Shown here: positions 24,869-36,817 of the stretch, one piece after another | Numbering within the stretch: the stretch's first letter is position 1 | Layout: every line of letters begins with the position of its first letter | Assembly (NCBI GenBank): GCA_001179505.1 | Contig: CDMY01000531.1 | Span: 1 to 64,000 of the forward strand | Length of the DNA stretch: 64,000 nt | Direction of reading: 5' to 3' | Origin: Vitrella brassicaformis CCMP3155 | Taxonomy: Eukaryota; Protista; Chromerida | Made by a program: the position numbers and the translations under genes | The notes under the pieces: model-generated | Told to the model about the DNA's origin: nothing | What the model saw: only the letters and a program-made list of their open reading frames with translations | The model's database searches: none

Positions 24869-26265
24869 TCACCCCAGCTGCAGTCTGCCAGCGTCCTGTG
24901 TGGGGCTGTCAGGCCAATCGCTGAACAGCTCCCACCATCTCCTCTCCGCCGCACCACTGCCCTTGCCGCCCTCTCTGCCAGTGGTCGTCATCTGCTGCAG
25001 CTCGTCCTGCGCCGCCGCCAGCCATGTGTCCACCACATTCTCTGAACCGTACCACGAGTCGGGAACGTTAATGCTGTGGTACACACCCGACATTGTCACG
25101 CAACGAGAGCCGTCCAGATAGGCCGACCGCAGCGGCACCACCCCATCGCCGCGAACGCCGTCCCCACTGCCGCACACCACCTCATATGACTGGAAAGCGA
25201 ACCGCTCCAGTGTGCCCCTATCGGCCTGGACGTCGCCCGTCACCGCATCCCCGACCACAGAGACGTAGAAGATCCCTTTCTCCTTGTGAAAGGTCCCAGG
25301 GTACTCGCGGCAAACATAGGTCAGCACACCCCTCGTCATGTCCAGTGCGGGCGGAGGAGGCGGGTAGTGCGGCGAGCCCAATGAGATGACGCCTTGGACG
25401 ATGTCTTGGGTGTACTCGACTGTCGACTCGCCAGTCTCCTCATCCGTCTCGTTGCGCCATGTGCCGTCCCCCATGACCGCCCGAGCGAGCCACCCACCGG
25501 CACTATGGCCCACGAGCACCACCTTCGGCGGAAGAGCTCCCCCCGGCCAATCCCTCCGCCGAACTCGGTCGACAGTGGTGCGGACGCGGTCAAGATACCA
25601 TCGAAAGCCTGGGCCGTCGGGTCTGCACTCACCCGTCCAAAACCGTCTCGTAAGAAAGTCCCTTGCGACCGAAAGCCACTCTCGCCTGGCGATGGGCACG
25701 ACATAGACATTGTAGCCCCGGCGCTCGAGAGCCGCCTTCAAAGAGGTATCCTCGCCCATCTTCATGGGATTGGTATAGTCCAAAGCGTCATTGCCAAAGC
25801 CTGCACACATCGCACATCACATGGACATACAGACAGGACGCGCTTGTCCATGTGTCTGCGCTGGTGCATAGGATGGTGTGCCTTTTGCACCTGGCAGTAT
25901 GACAATGGGATGCTGCTTGAGCGATGGTCCTGCTGCAGCCAGTGAAGGCTGAAACAGCTGCTTGAAACCAAGACGCGTTTGTTGCGCCTGTTGCCGCTTT
26001 GAGAGCACAGAGAGGGGCGAGGGGGAGGAAGGGTGGAAAGCAACAGACCCTGCAGACAGACAGACAGACAGATCAGACACACACATGCCGCCACAGACCA
26101 CGCCTGCGTTTTGTCCTGTCAACGTCTGTGCGTACTTGTTAATGAGTGGAGCGCTGCGGCGCTGCATAGATCTCCCCATGCGATGAGCTCCACCAGCGGC
26201 AGCAGCAGCAGTAGACTTCTCGCGCGGCTTCTCGCTCGCTGTGGTCGCGAACTTGACTCAGGCAT
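24869..26265 (-). CDS. PGAP1-like alpha/beta hydrolase (lipase-like), probably plastid-targeted
   Basis: IVILP|GFGN, VVLVGHSAGGWLAR nucleophile elbow, ISLGSPH, GDGVVP, GVYHSI. The 5' exon MPESSSRPQRARSRARSLLLLLPLVELIAWGDLCSAAA splices to SVAFHP. Confidence 0.85.
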
Positions 26266-26374
26266 AGGTTCGAATGGAGGATCCGAATCCTGACGCATTG
26301 ATGATCGTCGCCCTTCTCAGGCTTTCTGATGAGGCTGTACTTCTGAGGCTTTTAAACTTCACGCTGCTTTCGGC

Positions 26375-26383
26375 TTAGCTCGC
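26375..26383 (+). promoter_or_regulatory. Candidate upstream motif TTAGCTCGC (example instance)
   Basis: The same 9-mer occurs at 19379, 42818(-), 46277(-) and 56972, with close variants at 10821, 18004(-), 32887 and 50185, all in 5' intergenic gaps. Confidence 0.5.
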
Positions 26384-26466
26384 AGACGCGCTGCTGGCGC
26401 CTGGTGTTGTTTCGTGGCATGACGGGCCCGTCCTTGTGGCCCTGGTGGCGCTGATTGATTCTTGCA

Positions 26467-28384
26467 ATGACATCCACGGACTTGAGCAGTGCAGCCACGG
26501 GCCTTCCGCAGGTACCTCCGCAGCACGCCGTCTTCCACTGTCCCTTCCCGCCCATCGCTCCACCGAGAGCCTATGACCATCCCTATGCCCCGCATGCGTT
26601 CCATCTGCAGCCTGATCCACCGCCCCATGGCGGCTGCATCGCCGGCCACATGATGAAGCCCGTGACGGTCCAGCGCGGCGCATACCCATACGGCCCTTGT
26701 GTGCAGCGGGGCGGCATTGTCAGCGGGCGGCAGCCATCGGACGACGGCACACCGCCGGAGAGCAATCAGGATGGACAACCGATGTTGGAGCTCGGTGCAG
26801 CGCAGCTGGCATACAAGAGGACCATCAGCGTGCCGACCGATGGCGGCGGTGATGATGATGGGATGCTGCCGCCGGCACCTCGTGGCATGGGTGGCCTTGC
26901 TGCAAGCGCCTCTGCCCCTGCTGGCGGAGCTGTGGTGCCGTGGATGGGGTATGCAGTGCTGCACAGCAGGGGACGCGGGGCGTGGCGGGGCATCACGACG
27001 CTCAAGGTGGTACCTGAGAGTGAGGCGGTGGTCAGGGGGAAGTACGTGATGCTCAAGGAGGGTGTCCATCACCACGAGGGAGACAAGGTATGGCGTCAGG
27101 CTCTTGGGAGCGCGTGGACCAATGGCGTCATCTGTCTGTCTGTCTGTCTGTCTGTGTCTCGGGCAGGATTTTCGTTTGGCCTTTTGGCGCGGAGAGGAGC
27201 TCAGGATGAAGCTCTACAGTGTCAAGGTGGGCAAGACAGGCAGAGGAACTAGACCTCACTGTGTGTGTGTCCCCATACTTTTTGTCTATGTATCCCATTG
27301 ATCAGACCCTCGGCTTCTCCACCGCTCAGGAGTCCTCCTACCGCTTCTTTGACAACCTTCCCCACTCCCGCCGCTTCCTCGAGCCGCTCAAGGGTGTCAG
27401 CCTCCCTGAGTGGGCCAGGAATCTGGGAATCAGGCGGGCCATACCGGGTGGTTACATCGATGGGATGGCAGGGGAGGATGGCCAGGTAAGATGAGTACAG
27501 ATGGGGTCTGGCGTGGGCATCTTCTGGCCATATGTGTCAGGATGGCATGTATGACGAGAGTGCCCCTCACGAGCAGAGGCAGCCTGTTGATGATGATACG
27601 AGGAAGCGGGAGGATACAAACGAGGTAAAGAGAGACACGAACGCACGACTTCACAGACAGGTACATACCCCTTCACGGACCACAGGTGTCTGACGAGCTG
27701 CCGCTGCCCCAGCGCCACAGCCACAGGAGACGACCACCCGTACCGCCCCGTGGCAAACGACTCAACAAAAGACCCGCATCCCGGTCCCCGCACAGAGGCT
27801 TCGGCGGCAGATTCGTGGCGCGCAAGACCACCGATGACACGCTGCCCTCCCCTGTCTCACCACCCAATGGCCCGGTGCCTCCCCTGCTGTTTGCACTGGG
27901 TTTCCCCCAGCCCAAGAGGCCCATCCTGGTGGATCTGGCAGAGGTCGGTGGCGATGGCAGTGACGATCAGTATCAGCCAGCTGTGGTGGGTGAGGTGCTG
28001 TCTCTGGCGTGGGCCAAGGCGCAGTGCTTCGACGCCCTCTTCAAGGCTGCCGGCTCGGAGCCATCGTGGCAGAGGGTGAACGCCAGCGACGTGGAGACGG
28101 CTGTCGAGCACATTGCCAGCAGGCGACAGGCCAGCGAGCTGCGTGACGTCATGGCAGCCCTCGAGGTGGATTGCCTGCCACTCCCCGAGGAGTTCGCGCA
28201 GCTGGAGAGGATGCTGGGCAGGAGGGAGGGCGTCATCAGAGGTGGCGGCATTGTCCAGGGCCTGGAGGACGTCCCCAGGCCTGTGTGTGAGGGGCAGGGA
28301 GACATGCTGGATGGCGAGAGGAGGATGACTCAGCTGAAGACGGTCCTGGAGGGGGTGAGGAGGGGCAGCGATGAGATGGATTAG
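26467..28384 (+). CDS. Hypothetical protein with Pro-rich N-terminus, multi-exon
   Basis: Long ORFs 26455..27252 and 27686..28384 joined by GT-AG-bounded exons (DFRLAFWRGEEL.., TLGFSTAQESSYRFF..). No recognised domain. Confidence 0.6.
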
Positions 28385-28692
28385 GGGGTGGAGGGAGGGG
28401 GGCATGTATTCATTTCACGTAGCCATCATTAAGATGGCAGTAGGAGACACACACGTGTCCATATGAGTGAACGGGATGAATGCGGCACATCTGGGGGGAA
28501 CGAACGAACGAACGAACGAACGAACGACCCTTGCCACCCACTGTCACCCGGCGCATCCATCCATCCATCCATCCATCCATCATCCTCTATCGTACACCGA
28601 CCACACAGACTACCATCCTTCCCTTGAGATCGAGACCTATCAGCCCATCCATCCACCACCCCCCCACCAGCCACTCCACTCCACTCCTCCCC

Positions 28693-31600
28693 TCACAAAA
28701 CATCAATGATGTCAAGGGTAGAGATGACAATGTAGATCAGCCACAGCGATACGGCAAACAGTGCTGTGACATACCGGGGCCTCGGCGGGCCGCCCAGCTC
28801 TCCCTTGAAGAACACCCTCCTCACCACCAGCATAGCAATGCACACCACAGCACAGCAGGTGAAGACCAGCACGCTGAACCCCAGGCCCTTCTGCGGCACG
28901 GCGAAGCCCCCCTCGGGGTAGGCGTCGATGATGTCCTTTTGGTAGTCTTTGGAGTATTTTCTCTTCCAGGTGTCGGTGGGGCCGAGGATGCTCCAGTAGA
29001 CGGCGCCGATGGTCCAGGGGAGGCCCAGGCCGAGGAACACATTGACCGAGTTGGAGCCCGTGACGTTGCCGATGGAGGCGTCAGCGTAGGGGTCCTGCCA
29101 TGCAGTGCAGGTCACAGGGAGAGAGAGGCGGTGAGGTGAGGTGAGGTGAGGTGAGACATGCACACACACTTGTCGGGACCTACCTACCTGCTGTGCTGCG
29201 ATTTTGGATGCAAAGGTGTCTGGCAGGCTGGTGCCCAATGCGACCAAAGTGATGGCGGTCAACGAGTCGGGAACTGATGTACAATGACGCACACACACGT
29301 AGACACATACAAACACAGACGCAGCATCAAGATGGGTGGCCCGCTTATGCTCACTTCCCAAGACGCATCCCAGCAGCGACGCCAGGTCTCCGATGAGCGC
29401 CGTGCAGAGCCCGATGAGAGCGAGTGCGAGGAAGAAACACGCCCAGCCGTTCCAGATGGATGTGGGCGGGCAGATGATGGCGAAGACGATCTTCCACGGC
29501 AGGGCGACTATGTGCATGATCCATGACATCACCCCGGCCTCTGCCTGCTCCTCCTTGCTGCGCACGTGCAGTGCATCCATCGAGAGACGGGGAGCGCAGG
29601 GGAGGGCAGGGGAAAGAGGGATCGGATCGATGGCTGTGTGGTGTGGCTAGAAAAGGTTGGCTTGGCTGACCTGCCGTTGACCCATATAGCGGCTTTGATC
29701 TGCTCGTACCAGTCGGATGTGCCGAGCTGCACCTTGTGCTTGTTGACGTACAGCATCCCCGCCAAGGCATCCACCGCTCCCCTGAACACCCACATAGAGA
29801 GAGACACGGACCGACAGACGCAGATGGACGGACAATAGGGGCATCCATCTTGCTTTGTGTTGGTTGCATCGTATCACTTGGAAGCGGGGTCAGCGTCGAT
29901 ATAGACGACGGCCACAGCGCGGTCCTCACCGCCGTCGCTCTTTTTGTTGAACTTGACGCCAGCAGGGGAGGGGTTGCTCAATATCACCTGACAGACACAG
30001 ACACAGAGAGAGAGATGTCAGATGTCATCAGGTAGGCATGTGGCCAGGCCCACCCTGAATCGTTCGTTCTTCTCGTAGTCTTCGTCATTGACGACGTCTA
30101 TGCGGATCTTCTTGGTGTGCTCCTCGTGCTCAAACACTATCGTACCCGACTGACCGATGTAGTCCTGCGGAGACACCGCTGAGTCATCTTTGGTCATGTA
30201 GCTGCATTGCCAACACATGGATGGATGGATGGATGGAGAGAGGGGTGTCTCATGACTCACTCGACGGTGATTCTGCCAGCTGTGCCGTTTCGCCGCACTA
30301 CGGTGAGCTCGACGGCCCCCTGGGACTCCACCACACGATAGGTGTCCTGCACACACACCAGCACAGGAGGTGTGTGGAGGGAGGGGTGTGTGTGGGATGT
30401 CTTTCTGTCTGTCTGCTTAACGCTTTCAAAGTCGAGCACCCCCGGGCTGTCGTCATTGAGGATAGTTACGGTGCACTTGGACAACTTGCCCAGACGACAC
30501 TGCAGAAAGGACACAGAGGATCAGGCAGTCGTGAGGCAGGCTGCCCGCACAGATGAGCCCATGGATTATGTGCGCACAACAAAGTCGTCGTGGTCCGTCT
30601 GGGGGTCCTTCAGGTGCACTGTGAACCGCTTGTCGGGCTCCCAATCCTGCCCATAGGACACAAGACACACACGCCATTCATTATCGGCGATGGACCGATC
30701 TTCTCAGCGTCTCACATTGTTGTCGATGATGGGGACTTGGATGATCTTGTCGGTCTCGCGTGGCTCGAAGGTCAACACGCCCTGCCATCCGTCCGCCCAC
30801 ATCACACATGTGTAGACGCTGCGCCGGGCTGTGCGTTGCGTTGCCATATGTGCTGCTGACCTCCGCGGCCACATAGTCTTTTGGTGCCTTGGCATTCCCA
30901 TCCTTGGTGTAGTAGGCCACTGTCGCTTTCCCATCGAGCTGACCAGCACGCCGCACCTCGACCTGCACACACGAAACGGCCCAATACGATCATCCCATCC
31001 GCCACTGTCCCCTCTGTCTCTGTGTGTGGACCATTGCCGACTGACTGACCGCCGCAAATCCATCGCATTCGAGAAAGGCCGCGTGTGGCGTCCCGAACTC
31101 CATCGAAATGAAGCTGTCCAGATCGACCCGCGAACCAAACAAAGACCCCCACTTCCAGGACCGGTCGGTGCGAAAAGGAGTGTGGGGGGCGTGGGGGCTC
31201 GTGACGCTGCCACGCACACTCACCGCCATCTCCGCACCCGAGCCCCCTGTGTCAGCTGCGGCCGCTGCTGCAGCACCGGTCTCGATGTCGAGGGTGGGGG
31301 GCTCCTTGCGGGGTCTGCGTGGGGTCGTCTGGGGGGAGCCGGAGGGGGGAGCCTCCTCTGGTATCGCGCTCGGCTCTTCCAAGGTGGTTAGGGCTCTGCC
31401 GCCAGTGATGTCACGAACGGCCTTGCATCTAACAGGTCAATGGAGACAACATACACACGTGTGGAGGGGTGTGTGTGCGTGTGCCTGTGTGTGTGTGTGT
31501 GCCTGTAGTATGCTCTGGATCTCTTGGTGGGCGACTGCTCGAAGCCCTTCTCCTTCGAGATCAGCTTTGCGATGGTCTCGGCCGGCAGCTCCTTGCCGTA

Positions 31601-32815
31601 CTCACTTCTCAGGCTGACCACAGGCACCAGGACACACACGTGACTGATAGAGGGGTCGACAGATGACCATCCAGACGCACTCACGTGTGTCTCATTTTGG
31701 CGATTTCTTCCTTAGTGACGCCCTGGAAATCGCACTCCAGCTCCTCGATGCGATTTATGGGGGTGCGATGGACCCCGCCGAAGACGCGAGTGAAGAACCC
31801 CTGGTCAGCAGCATACGCCATCAGCACCAGCAAAGGGAAAAACAAAAAAGTCAGCACACCTGCACAAGGAAAGAGACATCGGCCACTCCACTGAGAGAGA
31901 AGAACTCGTTGTGGAAGGATGAGGCAGAGGCACCTACCTTCCCAGACGTCGACAATGTTTGGTGTGGAGACGGCGAGGATGATGTACAGCCATATGTAGG
32001 CGAAGATGGAGGCAAACGTGGTCACACCGAACACCGAGACGTCCTTGATAGCACGAATCTGACACAACCACCGGGAGAAAGAGAGAGAGAGAGAGAGAGA
32101 GTGGCCCCCTCCATGCCATGCCACCACCTTCCACCTCTTCCCCATGTTTCTCACTCACCTGTCCGCTGGGTACAGCCACGATGCACACGCCCACAATGAC
32201 GAACAGATTGTACGCCGCCGACCCCACAATGGTCGACGGGCCCAGCTCCCCAGAGCAGAAGTCATTCCCCAGCAGCTCTATCACCGACAGCAGGATCTCG
32301 GGGGCCGACGAGCCAAGCGCCATCAGAGTCAGATTCTGCGCACACATGACCGGCAGCAAAAAGAGATGGATGAATGGATGGATGTGTCCGACAGAGGGAG
32401 ACACACACAGACGCGCGCGTCTTGTGTGACTGACTGACTGACTGAGAGTCACTGACCGCGACGGTGTCGTTCCAGACTTTGACGTGGAACCGTCTCTTCT
32501 CGCCGTGGCCCACATCCACAAACACCTCCTTCTCCACACTCGTCACGCTCTCTATCGCCGACATGAACACCTGCAGGCAAACAACACAGACAGCCGTCTC
32601 CAGGCGATCTGCCCACCCCGCCCTTCCATCTCCCTCACATCGGCGATGATGGCCACCCCGAGGAAGCCCCACAGCAGGCCCATCAGATACAGAATCGCCC
32701 GAAGAGGTGGCGGCCACTCCTGCTCGCCCACGCCAGCAAACAGCGGCAGAAACAGCCCCGGGCCGCGCGGCAGGTTGCCCGCGCCCACCTCGCAGATGGC
32801 CTCTGAGTCAGGCAT
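28693..32815 (-). CDS. NCX: Na+/Ca2+ exchanger (NCX/SLC8-type) with two Calx-beta domains
   Basis: Alpha-1 repeat [25 protein letters not shown] and alpha-2 repeat [33 protein letters not shown]. Calx-beta motifs [30 protein letters not shown] and [27 protein letters not shown]. Start codon uncertain (32815, 32887 or 32935). Confidence 0.93.
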
Positions 32816-32974
32816 GGCGCGGCACGATGTGGAACGGCTTTCTTCAAGGTAGCAAGGGGGGAGGGGAGCGATTCCCTGGGCGATCATAGCTCGCCGAGCT
32901 AAGAAACCTTTGAAGGGCGTGGCTTTTGGAGGCATTGGCGGTTGTGTTGTCGGTATTGAGCGTGGTTGAGGAGG

Positions 32975-35577
32975 ATGAGAGAGGCCAAGAAGCTGGCATT
33001 GAGTCGGCTGAGCAGCGGTGCCAGCAGTAACAAGAGGCGCCGGCAGTCCCGCTCCTCCGATGCATGTGGGCGGCGCCCGCCTGTCAACCTCATCCAGCTG
33101 GGCGACTGCGAGGTCTGCCGGATACTGCAAGTAAGGAGAAACAAACGCATGAACGCCACCACAGCCCGAGAGCGGCGATGGGGTGGCACGTGCGGGTGAT
33201 GTGACGTTTCTCGTGTGATGTGGTCAGTGGCTGACCCCTCGCGAGATGAGCCGTGTCTCGCTCGTCTGCAAGACCACAAGTCACGCGGTCTCGCTGCCGC
33301 TGGCATGGGCGGCCCTCGAGGCATTGACGGTTCGACGGTGCCTGCGACTGCCCACGCGCACACTGCGCAACGTGGTGGCCCGCTTCAGCACCGTGGCGCG
33401 GCTGGAGCTCGACCTGCCCAGCAACGTGCCCTCCAGCAACCAGGCAGTCGGCATAAGGGCGTTCAGGCTCTTCGCAGGTCAGTCACCACACACTGTCAGG
33501 GGAGTGGCTGGGCTTGGGCTCATGTGTCTGTCGGGTGTTGTCTGTCTCTTGTGTGTGTCCATTCCCCAGAGTCGTTTCGCAACTTGGAGGTGTTGTCGTG
33601 TCACTACCGTCCGTCGTCGGGGTTTGACATGGGCGTGATGGACCAGCTGCTGCTCCGCAACGCCAACAGTTTGAAGGTCGTCAAGCTCATGGCGCCCGGC
33701 GGCGGCTGGCGCGTCAAGAGCGGCGAGGTGCCGTCGGTGCTCAACCTGCCCGCACGCATGCCCAACCTCGAGAAACTCACTCTCAGCGCCCTGTTCAAGG
33801 TGAGTGAGGTGCGGCAGCCAGGCACTCACCCGCACCACAGCCACACCGTCTCTCTCTGTTTGCGTGTTTGGTCTGTCTGATCTATCTCAGATGCCGTCTG
33901 CCGGGTCGTTCGAGGCCCCCCGTTGCCGCGTGATTCGTTTGCTGGACATGGGGCCGTTCAAGCCGCCCTTCCAGCGGACGGTGACGAGCGCCGTTGTGGT
34001 GGGCGAGGTGCGAAACCTCCTGAAGCAAACGGCGCCGTCGCTGCGACGGCTGCAGCTCGACGGAGACGGCAGGCCGGCGCTATTCTCATTCACGACCACG
34101 GACCGCGCGCCATTCTACCCTGTGTAAGCCACACACATGCCCACCCACACACACTCACACAGGGGAGGGGGATGCATCGTTCGTGATGGTGCGATGGTCC
34201 TCTCTCGTCAGGTTGAATAAGATGAATTTGGGTTGGACGACGACGGAGGAGCTGCTGGCCATCGACGATGGGCACCCGAAGCACTTCCCGCAGCTGACCA
34301 AGCTGTCCTTCCACGGCCCCCCCGGCCGCGGCCTCACCGACCTGCACCTGCGGCTCTACGCCAAGCTCAACGAGGTGACGCCGCACGGCGTGTACTTCAA
34401 GTACGGGTCGGTCGAGATAGACTTCCCCGCGCTCGTCAACTTCCGCCTGCAGTTGGCCAAGCACGGCCTCTTCCTCCTGCACACTGACGAGACGGACAAC
34501 CTCCACTACCTCAGCGTTGAAAGTGAGTGGGTACACAGACAGCTGGAGGGCAGGGCACCACTGTCAGAGAGGGAGAGATGGACAGACACGATCATCGTGT
34601 GGTTACATTGGGGCATGTGTGTGTGTGTTGGTGTGTTGGTGTGTCAGGTGCGTTGGACATCCCCTCAGACGAGGAGGAGGACGACCTGGGAGAGGGCCCA
34701 TTGTGCGACAAGACCAGCGAGTGGCAGAAGCGCTTCCAGTACCGATTCATCAAGGGACCACTCGCACCGCCCCAGCCACCACCCGACAGCAACAACGACA
34801 CCGACAACACCCCACCCGACACCCAGCCGTTGTCCTCCGGAGGGGGTCAAGGTCAAGGTGAGCCGTCATCGGCCGACGGCAGGGTAGGTGGTGGGCACCA
34901 TCCCCGGAGTAGTGGGGCAGCGAGTGCGGCTGCGTGTGAGGGTAGCAGCTCGAGTGCGCCCAATGGTGGGTGTGAGGAGGGGTGTGAGGAGGAGGACGAG
35001 GCGAGTTTGCGGGGCAACGGGTACCCGCGGGTGGGGGAGTCGATGAAGGGCTACGACATGTTTTGCTTGGAGATGTGGAACGCCCCCAAGCTGTGCCGCG
35101 ACCTCAGCGACACCACCACTCTACAGGTCAGCTGAGCCACCCGACCTGAGCGACCTGTGAGAAGAGAATGAGGCATGCGTGTGTCTGTCGTGTGTGGGAT
35201 ATGATGCGTTCATTCACCCGTTCAGACACTGTGGAGGCGTTTGAAGCCAGAGCAGAGGTGGGGGGGGAGAGGGAGCCACCACTCACACCGATATGTGCTG
35301 CATACCTCCGAGTGTATGTCTGTGTGTGTGTGTGTCAGGCGTGCGTGGGGCACCGAGATTGTGGAGGCATATAAAAGCGAGCGAAGCAAGGTAAGGTGCG
35401 CAGGCAGCGCAATGGCATCTCGGATTGTATTGGATTGCTCCCACACACGTTTTTCTGTGTACGGCACTGCAGCGTCCGCAATGGCACTTCGATCGCGTCA
35501 AGCCGTGGTGGGAGACGACCAATGGCGCCGGGGGTGCTGCCTCTGCTGCCGACCAGAGCAACTCGAGCTCATCCTGA
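32975..35577 (+). CDS. F-box/LRR-like protein with C-terminal HMG-box-like segment
   Basis: F-box-like LIQLGDCEVCRILQ|WLTPREMSRVSLVCK and LRR-like LExLxL units (NLEVLSC, SLKVVKL, NLEKLTL, SLRRLQL, QLTKLSF). Last exons TLWRRLKPEQR|RAW..|RPQWHFDRVKPWW..*. Confidence 0.72.
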
Positions 35578-36817
35578 TGGATGGACAGACAGACAGACAC
35601 ACTCATAGACACATAGATGCCCTGCCCTTCACACAAACTGGCTGACACACACCACACCCCATCCCATGTCCCATCCTCGCCTTCGCCTCTCCTACTGTCC
35701 ATCTGTCTGTCTGGTTGTCTGGTTGTCTGTCCCTCTACACACCGGCGATTTCATTCCTCAGTGTGTGTGCGTGTCTGAGTCTGTGTGCGTGTATGCGTGT
35801 GGATGCGTGTGTGTGGAGGAGAGAAGAGGATCTGGTGGTTGGGTTGATCAAGTAAGGCTCAGCTGCAAGCGCAGCCAGCCAGGCTGTGTGACTCACTGAT
35901 CACTGACTGGCGAGAAAGAGGAGAACAGAGGACAGAGGACAGAGAAAAGAACCAAACCATCAGATACATGTTGCCAGCAGCAGCGGCAGCGACTGATAGC
36001 ATAGCATAGCTTAGCTTACCGTAGCAGAGGCAGAGAATGACAGACTGACTGACAGACAGACAGACAGACGAGAAGACAGTAAGACAGAAGCCTTTTTGGG
36101 TCAACCCACCTCGCCCACCTCGTCTCGCCCAGGCCGTGGAAGCCATGGATGGATGGATGGACTCATGTCATCATCACACTCACCTCACCACCACATGGCA
36201 CTTTTTTCCTACCAACTGGATAAGGGAGAGAGAGAGAGATGCATCTGAAATGGAGGAGAAGTGGCTCATCTCATGTGTCATGCAGGCCCCCTACGCAGAA
36301 AGGCCACACAAAGCAGAGCATCCCCCCAGGCTTGCTTGTTTGTGTGATTCTTCCTCCCAAGGGGCCTTGCTGACCGACTGACTGATTGCCGAAGTGCGTG
36401 ACATGACGATTTGTTTGGACGGCTGCCGTGTGGTGGCGGTGGTGCTGCTGCTGCTGCTGCTGGGCGTGTCTGCCGGTGTGTAGCTAATATTGGTGTGTCA
36501 GTCAGTGCGTGAGCGGCATGAGCAAGGGCCTGGAGCGAGGGAGCAAGCGACTGTATTCTATTCTATTCTACTCTTCTAATCTAATCTGGCTGTTCCATCT
36601 ATCCACCTTGGTGGCTGCGCTGCATGGCGGACGACCACACGCGATTGATTGCACTCAACAGCATTCATTCTAGGGTCTCTCGGTGTGTCTGTCCATCCAT
36701 CCATCCATCCATTGGAAAGATGCACACTTTGTGGCAAAACTCCCCGCCCACATCACACAGTCACCAGTGTCATCCAACCGCTCTACACACGCCCTCACAC
36801 ACGCACTACTATAGCCG

